63,821 nt of DNA, filler included, from Octopus bimaculoides (GCF_001194135.2; 5 parts of 5 records of this genome joined end to end with filler, not necessarily neighbours in it); one strand, 5' to 3'; shown: positions 12,956 through 25,385, counted from the whole stretch's first letter. Notes: generated by a model from the letters alone, not told the origin. Made by a program: numbers and translations.

Positions 12956-12995
12956 ATCGCAAGCGCTTTCGTTTATATTGACATCATCAGGGGAC
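12956..12995 (-). ncRNA. Degenerate minimal hammerhead motif with palindromic stem III
   Basis: GUCCC-CUGAUGA-U-GUCAAUAUAAAC-GAAA-GCG-CUU-GCGAU. Core intact, AGCGCU palindrome, stem I 4/5 pairs, stem II only 2 bp. Confidence 0.45.
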
Positions 12996-13082
12996 AAGAA
13001 AGAAAGCAAATAAAGTACATAGTTAGACACAAATATATGGTGTATAGTAAAAGCTTACAGTCCACAATGTTCAGTTACCTTT

Positions 13083-14280
13083 TTAGTCATCACTGTGCCA
13101 GCCATCTCTGCACTCTGAACAAGCAGGTGAGCATGGAAGCCCAAAACGCAGCGTCCCACAACCTGACTTGCAGGCGCACAGCACGAGAATCAACAACGAC
13201 CGTGGTGCAGGGCCACATTCAGAGATGACTGGTTTAAATGTTCCATCTGAGAGCTTCCATCTCCAGTCTTTAGCATTCAGTGTGTTCCCTTATCACTCTT
13301 GGATTTGCAGGCTATGGTACTTCGTAGCTGCTGATGTTGGTCGTAATAGATTAGGAAGAACTGCCTTATTTCTCGTGGTGACAAGGGCTTGGAATCGGCG
13401 GGAGTCACTGGGATTCTACTTATAGACAATGGCCATTGCCTCCTCACCTGCCACAATGACGTCGTCCTTTGTTACGCCTGAACGCCTCCGTCTTTTCCTG
13501 AAATGCCTCGCTGTCTTAAATAAGTTTGAAACTTGCCGCCTTCCCGATTCCAAAAGTCCTGGATGTGGTACTACAACTCAAGAAAGCATGCACAAAGAAA
13601 ATATGCCTGCGAACCTGGACCCCCAAGTTTATGCTTGATCGAACTAATACCCATGCACCTGACTTCTGCTTCTTTCTTTGATTCAGGTCAGAAGTGAATG
13701 TCATGTTTGTTTTTTTCCTACAAGGTGGATGAGAACAAGTAGATCTGTGTCGTCTCCGACTAACACAGTTTCTCTGTCCTCAGAGATTCTCACTCTAGTT
13801 TGGATAACAAGAGTATCTGCATCCCCTCTGCAACGGGTAACTCTACAACCTTCTTTGGCCAGAGCATCTCCCAAACGTTCAAGAAAGCATTGCTCGTTTT
13901 CTCGGTTTGAGAGGAATTTCATCTTTTGTTTTCAACTAGAACTTCGTGGACAGATGGAATGTTCTCTTCCTACCCTTACACTCCACTCAGTTCTGATGTG
14001 TATTGTCTTGGTCAATATCTTAAACTCTGTTTTACCATAGTTACGAACTAAAAAATATCGACAACTTTTCTTTTGTCAGCGTCCTTGCCTTGCAGTGTTA
14101 CCACCGTTTGACTCACAGCCCTGGGAATTCTCCCGTATTGCGGCCAGTCAGAGCAAATATCTGACAAAAGAACATTAATCAAGTCTGATATGAATTCGTC
14201 GAATGTGCTGATCAACCAAACTGTGCGATTTGCACCTCGTGTAACCGCTCATCGTCTCCCTCTACGTCTCCTTTCTGAGA
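13083..14280 (-). mobile_element. Academ-type (XPG/FEN1-like nuclease plus Cys-rich tail) DNA transposon remnant, pseudogenised
   Basis: Minus-strand motifs FLSNRENE, GDADTLVI, VLVGDDTDLLVL, HAFLSCSTTSRTFGIGK (H3TH-like), LRPTSAATKYHSL, and CACKSGC...PCSPACSEC. Confidence 0.7.
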
Positions 14281-14624
14281 GCCGCAATGGACTGTCGAGG
14301 TAGGCACTAAAAGCTCACTATCGTTTCCAACTCATCATTTGTCCTAAACAGCCGCACGTATTTATTTAGAGCCGAGTGGTACGCACCTGTCCCGATCCAT
14401 CAAAAGCCTAATTGTGACTTTTCATGCCGAAACTCCGCTCTCGGACCCATCAGATAACTTATTGCTGTTGTGTTAGTTCGGGTTTTTGTTGTTGTTATTT
14501 GACTTTCTTTTTGTCACCAAGACAACATCATTATGCATTTCAATTGTGACCTTAAGAACGCTCGGCTTCATCAAAGGGAGTTCATCCCTTTCTCTGCTTC
14601 GAATATTATTTTAGGTTTGAGGCG

Positions 14625-14835
14625 AGGTGGCAAATCGTTACCGCGCCGGAAAAAAGAAATGCTTAGCGGCATTAATTCCGACTTAAAGTTATGAGTTCAA
14701 ATACTGCCGAGGTCGACTTTGTCTTTCATCCTTTCTGGGTCGATAAAATAAGTACCAGTTGAATATTACGGTCAACATAATCGATTTACCTCCTCCCCGA
14801 AATTGCTTGGCTTTGTACCAAAAACTGAAACCATT
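14625..14835 (+). mobile_element. tRNA-derived SINE family B
   Basis: TGGCAAATCG...GAGTTCAAATACTGCCGAGGTCGACTTTGTCTTTCATCCTTTC...AAGTACCAG matches 59163-59390 and 47340-47552. Confidence 0.8.
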
Positions 14836-15659
14836 ATTATTGTAGGATGGCTCAGCATCACCATTTCTTACTCCCCACCAAAGATTTCCAAAAGAAACTT
14901 CAATACGCTCAGTATAACCAATGAAAAGTCTTTGCATGGAAACAACTTGACTCAGACAAAGCAGACACACAAAGAAAAAAAAAGTTGGAGGCAAGCACTC
15001 AGTTGACGAGAGAACGGAAAATTCAAGTAAATACTTACTGAGCCCAGAAGGAGATTGTTCAGCCGTGTACTTTTTATTAATGTTTATTTTGCACTTTTGA
15101 GGCGCTCTTAGGCCCTAACCCTGTCTATCAATTGCTAATCGTACTGTTGTATCCTTGTGTACTGGTGTGTGTTAATTTTCCTCCATATCTAGTTTCCGTC
15201 TGATTCAGTTCCAAATGTCTTTATACTGTTGTTTTCAATTAGCATCAAGTCAACACTGACTGAGCCACTGTATCTAATAAATGTAATACAACCTTGAACA
15301 TTCCTTTGTTGTTTAGCCGAGGTTCTATTTTCTAACTTGTCCAAGACATAGATGGTAGGATGTGGTGTTTATTTCATTTGATTGCTGTTTCTAGCAGCAA
15401 AATTTCATTCAAATCATGGCGGTCATTTTAATAAAGAAGGCTCCATTGATAACATCGGCAATGTGACTAGTGATTTGTTGGGAGAAGGAACAAGTTGGGA
15501 TACCATCAATTGTGGATTTGCTCCGCCAGGGTTGTCGTGGGTCTAAACTAGAACCCATATAGCTGGGTTTATTAGGTGACACATGGGGCTGAAGGCGAAG
15601 TTCGGCTTATGATCATCGATGGTAATAAATGCATTCCTCTTAGCTAGGGAATACACCCT

Positions 15660-16860
15660 GTTAGCTATATCAAGTGCCGCCTGATTAACCCCGGCTAAAT
15701 CGGAAATCAGGTTGGTGAGCAATCATATCTTGAAGATTAACGACTTTCTGAATGCATTCTTTCTCTTCTTGTAGCATAACACTCTTAAGTAATTTCAATG
15801 TTTAAGGCGAACTAGGGAAGGTTCACCCAGTTCGAAATAGGAGACTTTTTATCTTTATAAAAAGGGTTACTAAAAAGGGCGCTTGTTTTCGCTAAAGAGT
15901 TTTCTGGCGCTAGTGACAGGGGTATAGAAGTAATTATGTACGCCAGGAAAACCCCACTGTTCAACAAATGCTCGGCCTTGGTCTAACAACCTGACACAGA
16001 AGGATTTTTCGAAGTAGCGACGGGAATATACGACAGTGCCGATATCTGCGACTTCATAGGATTGAACACTTAAATAAGAGGTTCCTGTCAGTCCATTTTA
16101 ATCTGTACAGAGATAATGTTTTAACTATCTCTAGAGGCGCAAATGGGGACACATTGGATAAGCTTAAGGAGGACCTGATTCATACACTTAACTCACTTGA
16201 TCTTTAGATTACAATTGAAACCAGTCTTATCGTAGTTAACTTTTTAGATGTTACGCTCGTTTTGGGTACCGGCTCATTCAGGCCGGACCGCAAACCTAAT
16301 GAAGGGCTGCCGTATATTAACATGGCCTTCTGCCACATACCTGTTGTGTTTAAGAACCTGGTGAAGGGTGTCAAGAAGAAGATTTCTAGTCTGTCCATGA
16401 ATAAAGACATTTTTGAAGCTGCGGCCCTCTGTAACAACGAAATCTGGTAGTTAGCTGGTTTAAGGACTGCGTCATCTATATATTGTCGTAAGGTCCTTTG
16501 GTTTGTCCCACCTTTCTCACTCAACGTCAAAATCTGCGTTAGGAAGAGCCCTCCTTAGATAAGTAGATAAACATTCCACGCAGTCTCATAGTTATCGAAG
16601 ATTATTCAAAAGACATAACTTAAGGATCTCGTTTAAGTGTGTGTCTAGTGTAAAAAAAGATATTAGCAAACACCTTAAAAACCTGCAAAGAGGCAAGATG
16701 CACATGTTTGCAGTGAATACCCAGTAGATAATCGATGCAACTCACAGGCCGTGGTTTATGAAGCAGAAGTGGTGTCCAACAGTAACAGCAAACATTGCTT
16801 GGCTGAGAGGACAATGATCCTAAAAAATTGTAGGATCCGGCGCCTTATTGAATACAAAAA
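15660..16860 (+). mobile_element. Penelope-like element remnant (RT plus start of GIY-YIG region)
   Basis: Broken translations CRLINPAKSEI, IMYARKTPLF, FEVATGIYDSADICDFIGL, ITIETSLIVVNFLDVTL, FRPDRKPNEGLPYIN match PLE RT motifs. Confidence 0.75.
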
Positions 16861-17502
16861 GTGAGATATTTAGTCACTGCCCTCATGATCGAAAATTCGT
16901 TTTGGAAACGTGATCTTCGTTTGAAGACTAGTGAACGAAAAAAAAAACGTACACAAACTGATCCATTTCAAACACAGCTGAAATCGTTTTTAGAGTAGGT
17001 AACTCTGTCACTCTTAGAATATTTTGTTTTGATTGAGGGATGTTTTTCACCACTAAACTGAAAAAGACTGCAATTTTATATTCATGAGTAAAGGGACTGT
17101 GTTTCTGGCTAGCAGGTCTGATGAATCGTCCATATTGTCTTGTGCAATTGTTTATGTGAAACGAATGATAGCTCTCTAATCGACCATAAACAAATATATA
17201 CTACACAACTACATAAGAATATGACTGCTCAAAACATTTTTTACTCTGTGCTTTTTTTTGGATGTATGGACGACTGACCAATACATACATACATGCGTCC
17301 GTATGTATGTATGTATGTATAAGAATTCATAAATTAGATCTTCCTCGGTTTAGTGGACAAACCCCTTCTTCGAACGAATAGTTTCCGTAAAATTCTTAAT
17401 AGATACACTATAAGAGTTTCTTTTTTGCTGTGCACTAAGTGTAAAGAAAATACTGTTAGGTAGGCCCACCTATTACAGAGTCAAGAGGGGCATACTTACA
17501 CG

Positions 17503-17554
<52 letters not shown>

Positions 17555-17589
17555 TACATACATACATACATACGCACATCAGACCTGAT

Positions 17590-17930
17590 ATAAGGATTTG
17601 GGATAGATATACCCAAATACCAATCTTGAGAAATTAGATTTCTCAGAAGCAGAAAGCTGATTTGAAGACTACAAATCCAATCCATCACAGGAACTGTAAG
17701 AATCTGTGAAACTTTCCAGAAATTTATCATTTAAGTATAAACGAGCATGTCTAGATATGCGACTATATACATGAGAATACATATATAGTGCAAAGCATAG
17801 AAATCTGCACATATACATACAAACAAAAATACCCTGTTGTTGATGTTGAAATTCCAATGAAGAAACCTTGGATCTAGGTTAGAAACCGGCTCTTTCTCTA
17901 TTGGCAAGAAATCTTAAAATGAAACTGATT
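17590..17930 (+). mobile_element. 3' end of an RLE-type (R4/Dong-like) LINE, copy 1
   Basis: Direct-repeat homology to 18861-19190 (AAATACCAATCTTGAGAAATTAG ... TTCCAATGAAG...TTAGAAACCGG...GAAATCTT). Confidence 0.7.
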
Positions 17931-18486
17931 ACATACATACATACATACACACATACATACATACATGCATACAATATAAACAAATGATCTATACAAATCT
18001 GCATATCTCTATGCATTTCATCCTACTTCTGATATAAAAGAGGATTGAAAAGATGTGAGCGGTCCGTGTAACTCGAACCCAAGCCTCATTGTTTACGTGT
18101 CTTTAATGACAGCGTCTTAATTTTTATTGTCCGTATTTCTTCAGAAACAAGGGAAGTAATTAAGACTTCTTTGTGGAAGTCACTAATAAGTCAATCCTTG
18201 TTATCTCCCTTACATTTTCTCTTCTTAACACTCAGACCCCTTTCAAACTGAACTCAGCCACCCCACCCTCTCTATGTGAAAAAAAAAAAAAATGCAGTCT
18301 TCATATCTTTTGTCATTTATCTTTTACCTGTATTAGTCATTGGACTACTGCCATGCTGGAGCACGCTTTGTAGAATTTTTAGTCGATTGGATCAACCCCA
18401 GGGCTTAAATTTTAAGCCTGACACTATTCTATCAGATTCTTATGACAGACCGTTGTCAAGCGACGGTGAGACACATACATACATAC

Positions 18487-19190
18487 ATGATGTTGTAGCT
18501 AGGACACTCTATAATGAAATCCATCACAAGGATAACCCCGAGGACAAAGAAATAAAAATAACAGTATGATAGAAGCCATAGCCACTCATAATAAAAAGGA
18601 ATACTGGTGGATTGTCCCAGTGATAACCTCAATGAAATATAGGTACAACAGATCTGATCTAATGATTTGGGACAGAGAAGAGAATTTGTGTACAGTTGTG
18701 GGAATTAGCTGTGCAGCAGATGTTAATATAAAGCTGAAGAGCAGTGTAAAAGAGAATACCAACGCTGAACTATTGAGAAATCTGCAGTTACTCTATCCAG
18801 ATTATAAGTTCAGGTTTGTACCTGTAATTATCGGGGCTCTGGGATACATAACACACTGCCAAAATACCAATCTTGAGAAATTAGGCTTCTCAAAAGAAGA
18901 AAGCTGATTCGAAGGCTACAGATTCAATCCATCACTGGAACTGTAAGAATCTGTAAAACTTTCCAGATGTTTACCATTTAAGTATATTGGAGCATATCTA
19001 GATATTCAATTATATGCATGAAAATACATGCATAAAACAAAACATACAGATCTGCACATATACATACATACATACATACAAACAAAAATACCCTGTTATT
19101 GATGTTGAAATTCCAATGAAGGAGTCTTAGATCTGGGTTAGAAACCGGTTCTTTCTCTATTGGAAAGAAATCTTGAAATAAAACTGAATT
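18487..19190 (+). mobile_element. 5'-truncated RLE-type (R4/Dong-like) LINE, copy 2, with restriction-like endonuclease domain
   Basis: HDVVARTLYNEI; NRSDLMIWDREENLCTVVGISCAADVNI...FRFVPVIIGALG, matching the RHD / PD-(D/E)xK-type RLE and VPVVIGALG terminus. Confidence 0.8.
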
Positions 19191-19299
19191 ATGACATATA
19201 TATATATATACATACATATATATATATATATTATATATATATATATATATATACATTATAAACAAATGTGATCTTGACATTTATAGGAGATGCATTGCA

Positions 19300-20025
19300 T
19301 GGGGACCTATTCTTGGGTGAATTGTAAACATAACACTGAAATCATTTGGGTAATATTGGTGGAATATTTTCACACACGGTGCAAATAATGTATCGCTCAC
19401 AGCGGCGTTGCAGAAAATAGAGTTTCAGCTGTTTAAGTTGAGCCCATCATGTTATTTAATTTTTTTAGTGATTGATCTTTGTGGCACTTCGATCCTCATT
19501 ATGTCTTGGTTATAGGGAGACCACAATGGGCAGCAGTATTTGAAGTGAGGCCTAGCAAATGTGGAGAAGAGAAAGATGATAGCTTCATGATCCCTAGATT
19601 GGAAAGTTCTGAGGATCCATGAACACATTCTACGAGTAACATCGACTCTTATTGTTCATGTGTACACTTCAGCTAAGGTTGCTGTCGACATTTACGCCTA
19701 AGTCTTTGATATTATCCAACGGTTCAAGTAGGTCTCCCGACGGTAGTATATATGGTCGTTTGAGTGTGCCCTCTTTTCCAAAGTGGATAAGATCAAATTT
19801 TTCTTCGTTCAACTGCATATTGTTTTTTGTTCCCACTGGGTTACTGCGCATAGGTCCAATGGTTTGATCATATGCTCCCTTAATGACTTTCTGGAGCTTA
19901 GAGTCATCTACAAATATTTTAATGGTGCTATGTTCAATGGAATCTGCAATGTCATTGATATAGATAAAAAAAAAAAAAAAGGTTGACCCAAACACAGTAC
20001 TCTGTGGGACCCTGCTGATGACTTA
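19300..20025 (-). mobile_element. CR1/L2-like LINE RT fragment
   Basis: VPQSTVFGS...IYINDI...KIFVDDSKL...KDLGVNVDSNLS, and downstream LKLYFLQRRCERYII. Confidence 0.8.
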
Positions 20026-20073
20026 ACGTGATTTACTAGGGCATAGTTACATTAACAGATAGTTTTAAGTAAC

Positions 20074-20400
20074 ATGGTATACATAGGGAGTTCTGTTAAT
20101 TTTAAGCAAAGATTTTTAGCACACATACATTCCTTTAAGCCTAATATAACGAGTAATACTACTTCATTAGCTACCTATATACACAAATTGAAACAAAATA
20201 AAGTTAACTATAGATTAGATTGGTCAATTTTAGATTCTGCTACACCATACATGCATAAGTTTAATATTTGTTGTCTCTGTACAAAGGAATCACTGTATAT
20301 TTCACTGTATAATCAAAGAATTTAATAAATTGTCAATCAGAAGTGCTTTCAACAAGTAGACATAGGTTCTATAAAACTTTCAAATATTATAAAAGATGCA
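20074..20400 (+). mobile_element. Penelope-like GIY-YIG endonuclease fragment
   Basis: VYIGSSVNFKQRFLAHIHSF...TSLATYIHKLK...LDWSILDSATPY...CCLCTKE is the PLE GIY-YIG with a CxxC motif. Confidence 0.8.
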
Positions 20401-21126
20401 ATAAAGATTTACATTAGTGCTTATTATTTATTATTTATAATGATGTCAAAATAAGGAGATAATTATAACTAGATTGGTGGATAAAGTAATTAAAATATTT
20501 TTGACTATAAACATATTTACACAACATATATTATACATTAAACAATTGATAAATTGGTTTTCTTAGAATTTGAACCTGCACACATTTAACCTACAATAAA
20601 TAGACTATTACAGTTATAAAAAAAAATTATAACTTAAAATTTAAATTGGTACCTTCCAGTTATACAAATAAAAAGTCAATACTTTTGGCCATCAAAATCA
20701 ACCTTCTACATCTTAAATATGGAATGCAGGATAAGGTATTGCTTACACAAAATTATCAGGAATTTGTTGTTCCTTTGTCTGCAGTGAGTAAAGAAGGAGC
20801 TATCAATGTAAGCCAGGATAAATGCGGAAAATTTTTTCAGCAGAAGATTGTTGTACTGAGCGTTTGTTGCTTTTGTTTGTAAAATAGTTGTTGTTGTTAG
20901 TTCCCCCATATGTGGGAATTGACTGTTTATTGTGTCTGCCTGGAGGGGGTGGGGGCAAACCGTTATGGAAGATGGTCTGCTTGGTGAGAAAGAAATGGAG
21001 AGGGTGGTGGAACTGTGTTTTTCCGACATATCAGAAGAGGAGTACCCACCAATAAGAGGAAGCAGCTCATCAACAAGGAAGGAGTCCCGGCTCCATCTAC
21101 TCCGCGTTTCAGAGGCAAGGACAAGG

Positions 21127-21158
<32 letters not shown>

Positions 21159-21161
21159 GTA

Positions 21162-22939
21162 CACAGGCATGACAGAAGTAAATTAGACACTCCATAAAAC
21201 ATTGTTTTGTGTTTATTCCAACCTGTAAAGTATATATTTTTATCAATTGACATTTGTATGTTTCAGGTTCCATATGGGACTGTTTAATCATGCCATGTAC
21301 AAAAGAAGCCTTGGACCTGTCTGAATTTCAAAGAGGCCGTATTGTGGGTCATTCGGAAGGTGGACATAGTCAGTGTAAAATCGCAGAAAACCATGGGATC
21401 CCGCTTTTTACAGTTAATAGAATGATTGTGCGATTCACCAGAGAGGGGGGGGGAGGAGTCCACATCACCTCGCCCAGATCAACCAGGGCCCTCTGACAGG
21501 ACCCTTCTCTTTGCTAAGAGAAGTGTGGTGGATAATCCTCGTGGCAAGTCCTCTGGTATAACAGAACAAGTTGATGTGAGTCCCAGAACAGATGTCAGGT
21601 GTCTCCACAAACTTGGTTACTGTGGCAGAACAGCAAGAAGGAAGCCACTTCTTCGAGCAGCCAACATCAAGCGGAGAAAAGTGAGATGGTGGAGAGGCCA
21701 CTAGCATTTTGGGACACTGTCATATTCTCTGATGAGTCCAGACTTACTATATTTCCTGACAGTGGTTGAGTGTGGGTCTGGAGACTCTGTGATCAAGAAT
21801 TTGATGTGAAAATGTTGCAGCCAACAAAGAAACATGGCAGCTATTCCGTGATGGTCTGGAGAGCAATTTGGAGCAATGCTTGATCAGAGCTGGTGGAGGG
21901 AAACATAAACTCAGATAAATGTGTCCATATGTGGTGAGAATGGAGGAGGATAGCTGCGTGAAAAAGTGCCACACCCTAACAGTTGAGGGAACCCGTGGAA
22001 GAGGTAGGCCCAGGAAGACCTGGGCTGAGGTGGTGAGGCAAGACCTTCGTACATTGGGCCTCACCGAGGCGATGACTACGGACCAAGACNNNNNNNNNNN
22101 NNNNNNNNNNNNNNNNNNNNNNNNNNNNNNNNNNNNNNNNNNNNNNNNNNNNNNNNNNNNNNNNNNNNNNNNNNNNNNNNNNNNNNNNNNNNNNNNNNNN
22201 NNNNNNNNNNNNNNNNNNNNNNNNNNNNTGGCTTGTGCGGGTGGCACATAAAAGACACCATTTCGAGCGTGGCCGTTTTCGTGCGGGTGACACGTAAAAG
22301 CACCCACTACACTCTCTGAGTGGTTGGCGTTAGGAAGGGCATCCAGCTGTAGAAACTCTGCCAAATCAGACTGGAGCCTGGTGTTGCCATCCGGTTTCAC
22401 CAGTCCTCAGTCAAATCGTCCAACCCATGCTAGCATGGAAAGCGGACGTTAAACGATGATGATGATGATGATGATGATTGCAAAAAGGACTCCTTCCAAT
22501 CTTTTCCAGTGGTGAAACGATTAAAGAAGTCTATTTATAGAAGATGGAGCTCCTTATCATACGGCTAACATGATCCAAGATTTGTTGAATGAAAATGATA
22601 TTAAAAAGATTCCATGGCCAAGCCAGTCACCAGATATGAACCCTGCTGAACATCTCTGGGACATAATGGACAGGACACTTCATAAAAAGAACAAGAAAGC
22701 ATCTTCAAAGCCAGATCTTTTGAGATTATTGCATGAAACTCGGCCAGAAATTCCTCAAGAGAATATTCGTCATCTGATCAGTAACAAACCTAATAGGGTC
22801 CTTGCATTGGAAAATGCAAAGGGCATGTCTACTAAATACCAAATTTTCACATTATAACAAATGATTTGAATGTATAATTTCAGATTTAAATAAATTTTAA
22901 TGATTATAAGGGTGTCTACTTACTTCTGTCATGTGTGTG
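21162..22939 (+). mobile_element. Tc1-type DD34E DNA transposon, inactive, interrupted by an RTE insertion
   Basis: TIRs CATGACAGAAGTAA(A)TTAGACAC at 21168-21190 and 22912-22933. Protein pieces [30 protein letters not shown]-...-SPDMNPAEHLW with exactly 34 residues between D and E. Frameshifts present. Confidence 0.9.
21931..22478 (+). mobile_element. 5'-truncated young RTE LINE with (GAT)n tail
   Basis: VVRMEEDSCVKKCHTLTVEGTRGRGRPRKTWAEVVRQDL is the RTE C-terminus. 3'UTR then (GAT)8. Internal N gap. Confidence 0.9.
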
Positions 22940-23981
22940 TGCATATGCACGTATATATGTTTTTATGCATGCCTGTATGTAGTTTGTAATCTAGAAGAGA
23001 ACCTATGTCAAGCGACTGTTTTGGTTATTTCAAGCTGGTTGTATATGCCTCTAAATGGCCTTGTCTCTCTCTGTGTGGCCATCGTTTTTATTGTTGCTAA
23101 ATACCATTTTGTTAGTGTGATGTATTTTAGATTTTTGTTGTGTTATCGCTTTTCATTACATAATTCGTTTGTTTTGTCTCAGTCGATTTTTTTTTATTAC
23201 ATCAAATTTCGCTAAAGCATCATCATCATCATCATATTGAAACCTGTACAAAGTCGGGTGCTTCTGTCTAATGTCGCAAAATCTGTTATTCTGTTGTGCT
23301 TTCAGTAATTGTATCCGGTTTCTTTAGGCTGTTATTTGACTTGCTCATTTAATTTATTTGCGACTTCGTTTTCATAGTCTTTTTAATCTGTTGTTCTGTT
23401 GGTATCTGTAATGCCATGCTTTCAATGCACTTTCATTTTCTGTTACGTCATTATTTTAGATTTGTAAATAAAATTATTAAAGTATGTACAATGCGATTTC
23501 GCTTCGTTTTTTTCCTTATTTGTTTCGTAATTATATTGTAATTATTTGTTGTGAACAGAAGTCGAAGCCTGTAACACGTTATGCAAGGGCTGATAGTTCA
23601 TATGTTTGGTTCCGTTAATACATATGTTTTACAATAAACACGTCGCAGTTCTCTACATATTTTGCAATGACTACATATGATGTATGCATTTTGTTTAGAT
23701 CCTTTTCCTTGTTACTCCGACAAAGATTATATTATTTTTCACTCTTACAGCTCTCTTGCTCTGTAGATTACTTCTATATTTTAGTCAATTTTCACTTAAT
23801 GGACATTGTTTTGTCTATTACCGTTCCATTTATTTTCGGTTATTGATTAAAAATCTTAGGAGATTTGTTCATTCTTAGTATCGTTGCTATGTTGTTTGCT
23901 TCTTGTGCAGCTATTGCTTATTTGTAAGGTAAATAGCTTATGGAATATATGAAGTAGAATAACAAAACAATAAGTGCATAT

Positions 23982-24024
<43 letters not shown>

Positions 24025-24127
24025 CAAATCTAAGGACAAGCAAGTTAGGCAAGTCAATATATAAAAAATATTAAATACTTTTANNNNNNNNNNNNNNNNN
24101 NNNNNNNNNNNNNNNNNNNNNNNNNNN

Positions 24128-24139
24128 TTAATTAATTAA
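24128..24139. other. Artificial scaffold linker N44-TTAATTAATTAA-N44 (also at 39447, 56456 and 61861)
   Basis: The same 12-mer sits in the centre of 100-bp gaps and gives stops in all six frames. Confidence 0.95.
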
Positions 24140-24183
24140 NNNNNNNNNNNNNNNNNNNNNNNNNNNNNNNNNNNNNNNNNNNN

Positions 24184-24395
24184 GTGGCCGTTTTCGTGCG
24201 GGTGACACGTAAAAGCACCCACTACACTCTCTGAGTGGTTGGCGTTAGGAAGGGCATCCAGCTGTAGAAACTCTGCCAAATCAGACTGGAGCCTGGTGTT
24301 GCCATCCGGTTTCACCAGTCCTCAGTCAAATCGTCCAACCCATGCTAGCATGGAAAGCGGACGTTAAACGATGATGATGATGATGATGATGATGA
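24184..24395 (+). mobile_element. RTE LINE 3' end with (GAT)n tail
   Basis: 24184-24369 reads identical to 22269-22454, with a different 3' flank. Confidence 0.9.
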
Positions 24396-25074
24396 CATAT
24401 ATGCATGTATCTGTGTGTCTGTGTTTCCCACCACCACCATCACTTGACAACCAATGTTGGTGTGTTTATGTCCCCATAACTTAGCGGTTCAGCAAGAGAG
24501 ACTGATTTGTTCGACTAAAGGTGCTGTTCCGTCATGTTCACAGTTACATGACTGAAACAAGTAAAAGAATATATGTGTGTGTGTGTGTGTATGCATGAAT
24601 GTGTTTATATGTGTATTTTTATGTATATATGAGCATATGTATTTGTATATCTGTGTGTGTGTGTGTGTGTGTGTCTTTCTCTTTCCTTCCCGAGGACTCT
24701 TTGTCCTGTTTATGATTAACATCCAAATATAAAACACCCCATCCAAATGTGATTTTTTGCCTTATAAAAACTGTTTTGTCTGTCTGACCCCAAAAATGAT
24801 AAGAAATTCTTTACATGCCTACCTAACATGTAAACCTTTGTAATTCCTATTAGCAAATGAAACATGTGTAATGGAGAATAAATAATACAAAAAAAAAAGT
24901 CCTGTTTTGTTATATACAATAACACTGCAAATAATTTTTCCATAATTCTCAACTTTATGTATTTTGACCAACATAGAGCAGCAACTGTGGCCACATATTG
25001 GATTTGATAATGAGATAAGCTAAGCAGATGTGCTTCGAGAGGGAACAGCTGGGACTTACCCTGACTACCTACAT

Positions 25075-25126
<52 letters not shown>

Positions 25127-25227
25127 TATATATATATATATACACACATACACATATACACACATACACATATACACACATACACATATACCCACATGCA
25201 TACACACACACTATACACACATATATA

Positions 25228-25385
25228 CGACGGGCTTCTTTCAGTTTCCATCTACCAAATCCACTCACAAAGCTTTGGTTGGGCCAAGGCTGTAGTAGAT
25301 GACACTTGCTGAAGGTGTCACACAGTGGGACTGAAACTGGAACCATGTGGTTAAGAAGGAAACTTCTTACCACACAGCCATGCCT
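25228..25385 (-). mobile_element. SINE A head
   Basis: Reverse complement of the family A head, adjoining a (CA)n/(TA)n tract. Confidence 0.8.

Noticed and set aside
17112-17170. CTGATGA...GAAAC pair; similar CTGATGA hits at 20015, 21729 and 49990
   Set aside because: No compatible stems or NUH site. The hits at 20015 and 21729 lie inside TE coding sequence.
24128-24139. Recurrent palindromic TTAATTAATTAA islands
   Set aside because: Centred in 100-bp N gaps each time; a scaffolding linker, not biology.
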